From contig JBCAXK010000037.1 in the NCBI GenBank assembly GCA_038534095.1, forward strand, positions 1-15,746: a stretch of DNA of 15,746 nucleotides, given 5' to 3'. This document shows positions 15,212 to 15,746 of the stretch, one piece after another. Position numbers and translations under genes: made by a program. How positions within the stretch are numbered: the stretch's first letter is position 1; each line of letters opens with the position of its first letter. This DNA is from Chlamydiota bacterium (GTDB taxonomy: Bacteria > Chlamydiota > Chlamydiia > Chlamydiales > SM23-39). Under the pieces are notes generated by a model. The model was not told the origin of the DNA. It saw nothing but the letters and a program-made list of their open reading frames with translations, and did not search any database.

Positions 15212-15746
15212 TTAAAGACTTTGCTGATAAAAGTCTTTCAAATGGGTAATGAGCTCTTTATGAGCATTTCTTTTCAAATAGATCATATGTCCCGATTCGT
15301 AATTGCGGATCGTCACATTTTTCTGAAAGCGGGGATCCATTCTCGACAGAGTATATTCAGCAGCAGAAAATGGCGTCACAAGATCGTAGTATCCAGAGGC
15401 AGCAAACACCTGCATGAAAGGGTTGATGCTTAGCGCCGTTTCTAACCCGTCTAAAAGAGAATAGCTTTTTGCAATGAACTTCGAGTAATCCCAATTTTCA
15501 TTCACAGTAATGTTGACATCCCTATAGGCAGTTTTGGCTAAGAGGCCCACTTCTTGCTGCAGGTAAGCGTTGAACCCTGCAGAAAAAATCCCTTGTATCT
15601 CAGATACGCTAGGATCTTGCGCAAAGATCGCAGAAGGGGTAGCAAAATAATTGAGGTGGGGGTAATAGTTCCCAGTGATTGTGCTATCATAGGCGCCAAG
15701 GACCCCTGCTTCCTCATCCAAAAAGGTATTGGCAAAGAAAGGAAAA
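15212..15746 (-). CDS. Peptidase S10 family serine carboxypeptidase, C-terminal part (5' end outside window)
   Basis: ASGYYDLVTPF (catalytic Asp region) and NYESGHMIY (catalytic His). The frame stays open from 15721 to the window edge (FPFFANTF), so the gene is partial. Confidence 0.9.
   Translation of the reverse strand, partial: FPFFANTFLDEEAGVLGAYDSTITGNYYPHLNYFATPSAIFAQDPSVSEIQGIFSAGFNAYLQQEVGLLAKTAYRDVNITVNENWDYSKFIAKSYSLLDGLETALSINPFMQVFAASGYYDLVTPFSAAEYTLSRMDPRFQKNVTIRNYESGHMIYLKRNAHKELITHLKDFYQQSL

Overview
Bacterial chromosomal window, most likely from a non-Chlamydiaceae member of Chlamydiota. This is inferred from the ~1,070-aa chlamydial-type PBP2 with a KTS triad, divergent from tRNA-Gly-rpsB-tsf-pyrH-frr-tRNA-Glu-tRNA-Lys. 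The housekeeping core (2727-9440) is flanked by accessory DNA. Left side: the right end of an ISAs1-family IS, an orphan effector-like protein ending in an FGDF motif, a short Wza-like lipoprotein apparently missing its Poly_export domain, and a degenerate UDP-glucuronate-decarboxylase-like SDR. Right side: a Trm112-like/SAM methyltransferase fusion, a 553-aa orphan coiled-coil protein, a ~960-bp structured intergenic region with a good sRNA candidate (promoter, hairpin, terminator), a Bcs1-like cytidylyltransferase/SDR fusion (CDP-ribitol synthesis) and the 3' part of an S10 carboxypeptidase. No CRISPR array, prophage or defence system is visible. All assignments come from reading motifs by eye; no searches were run.
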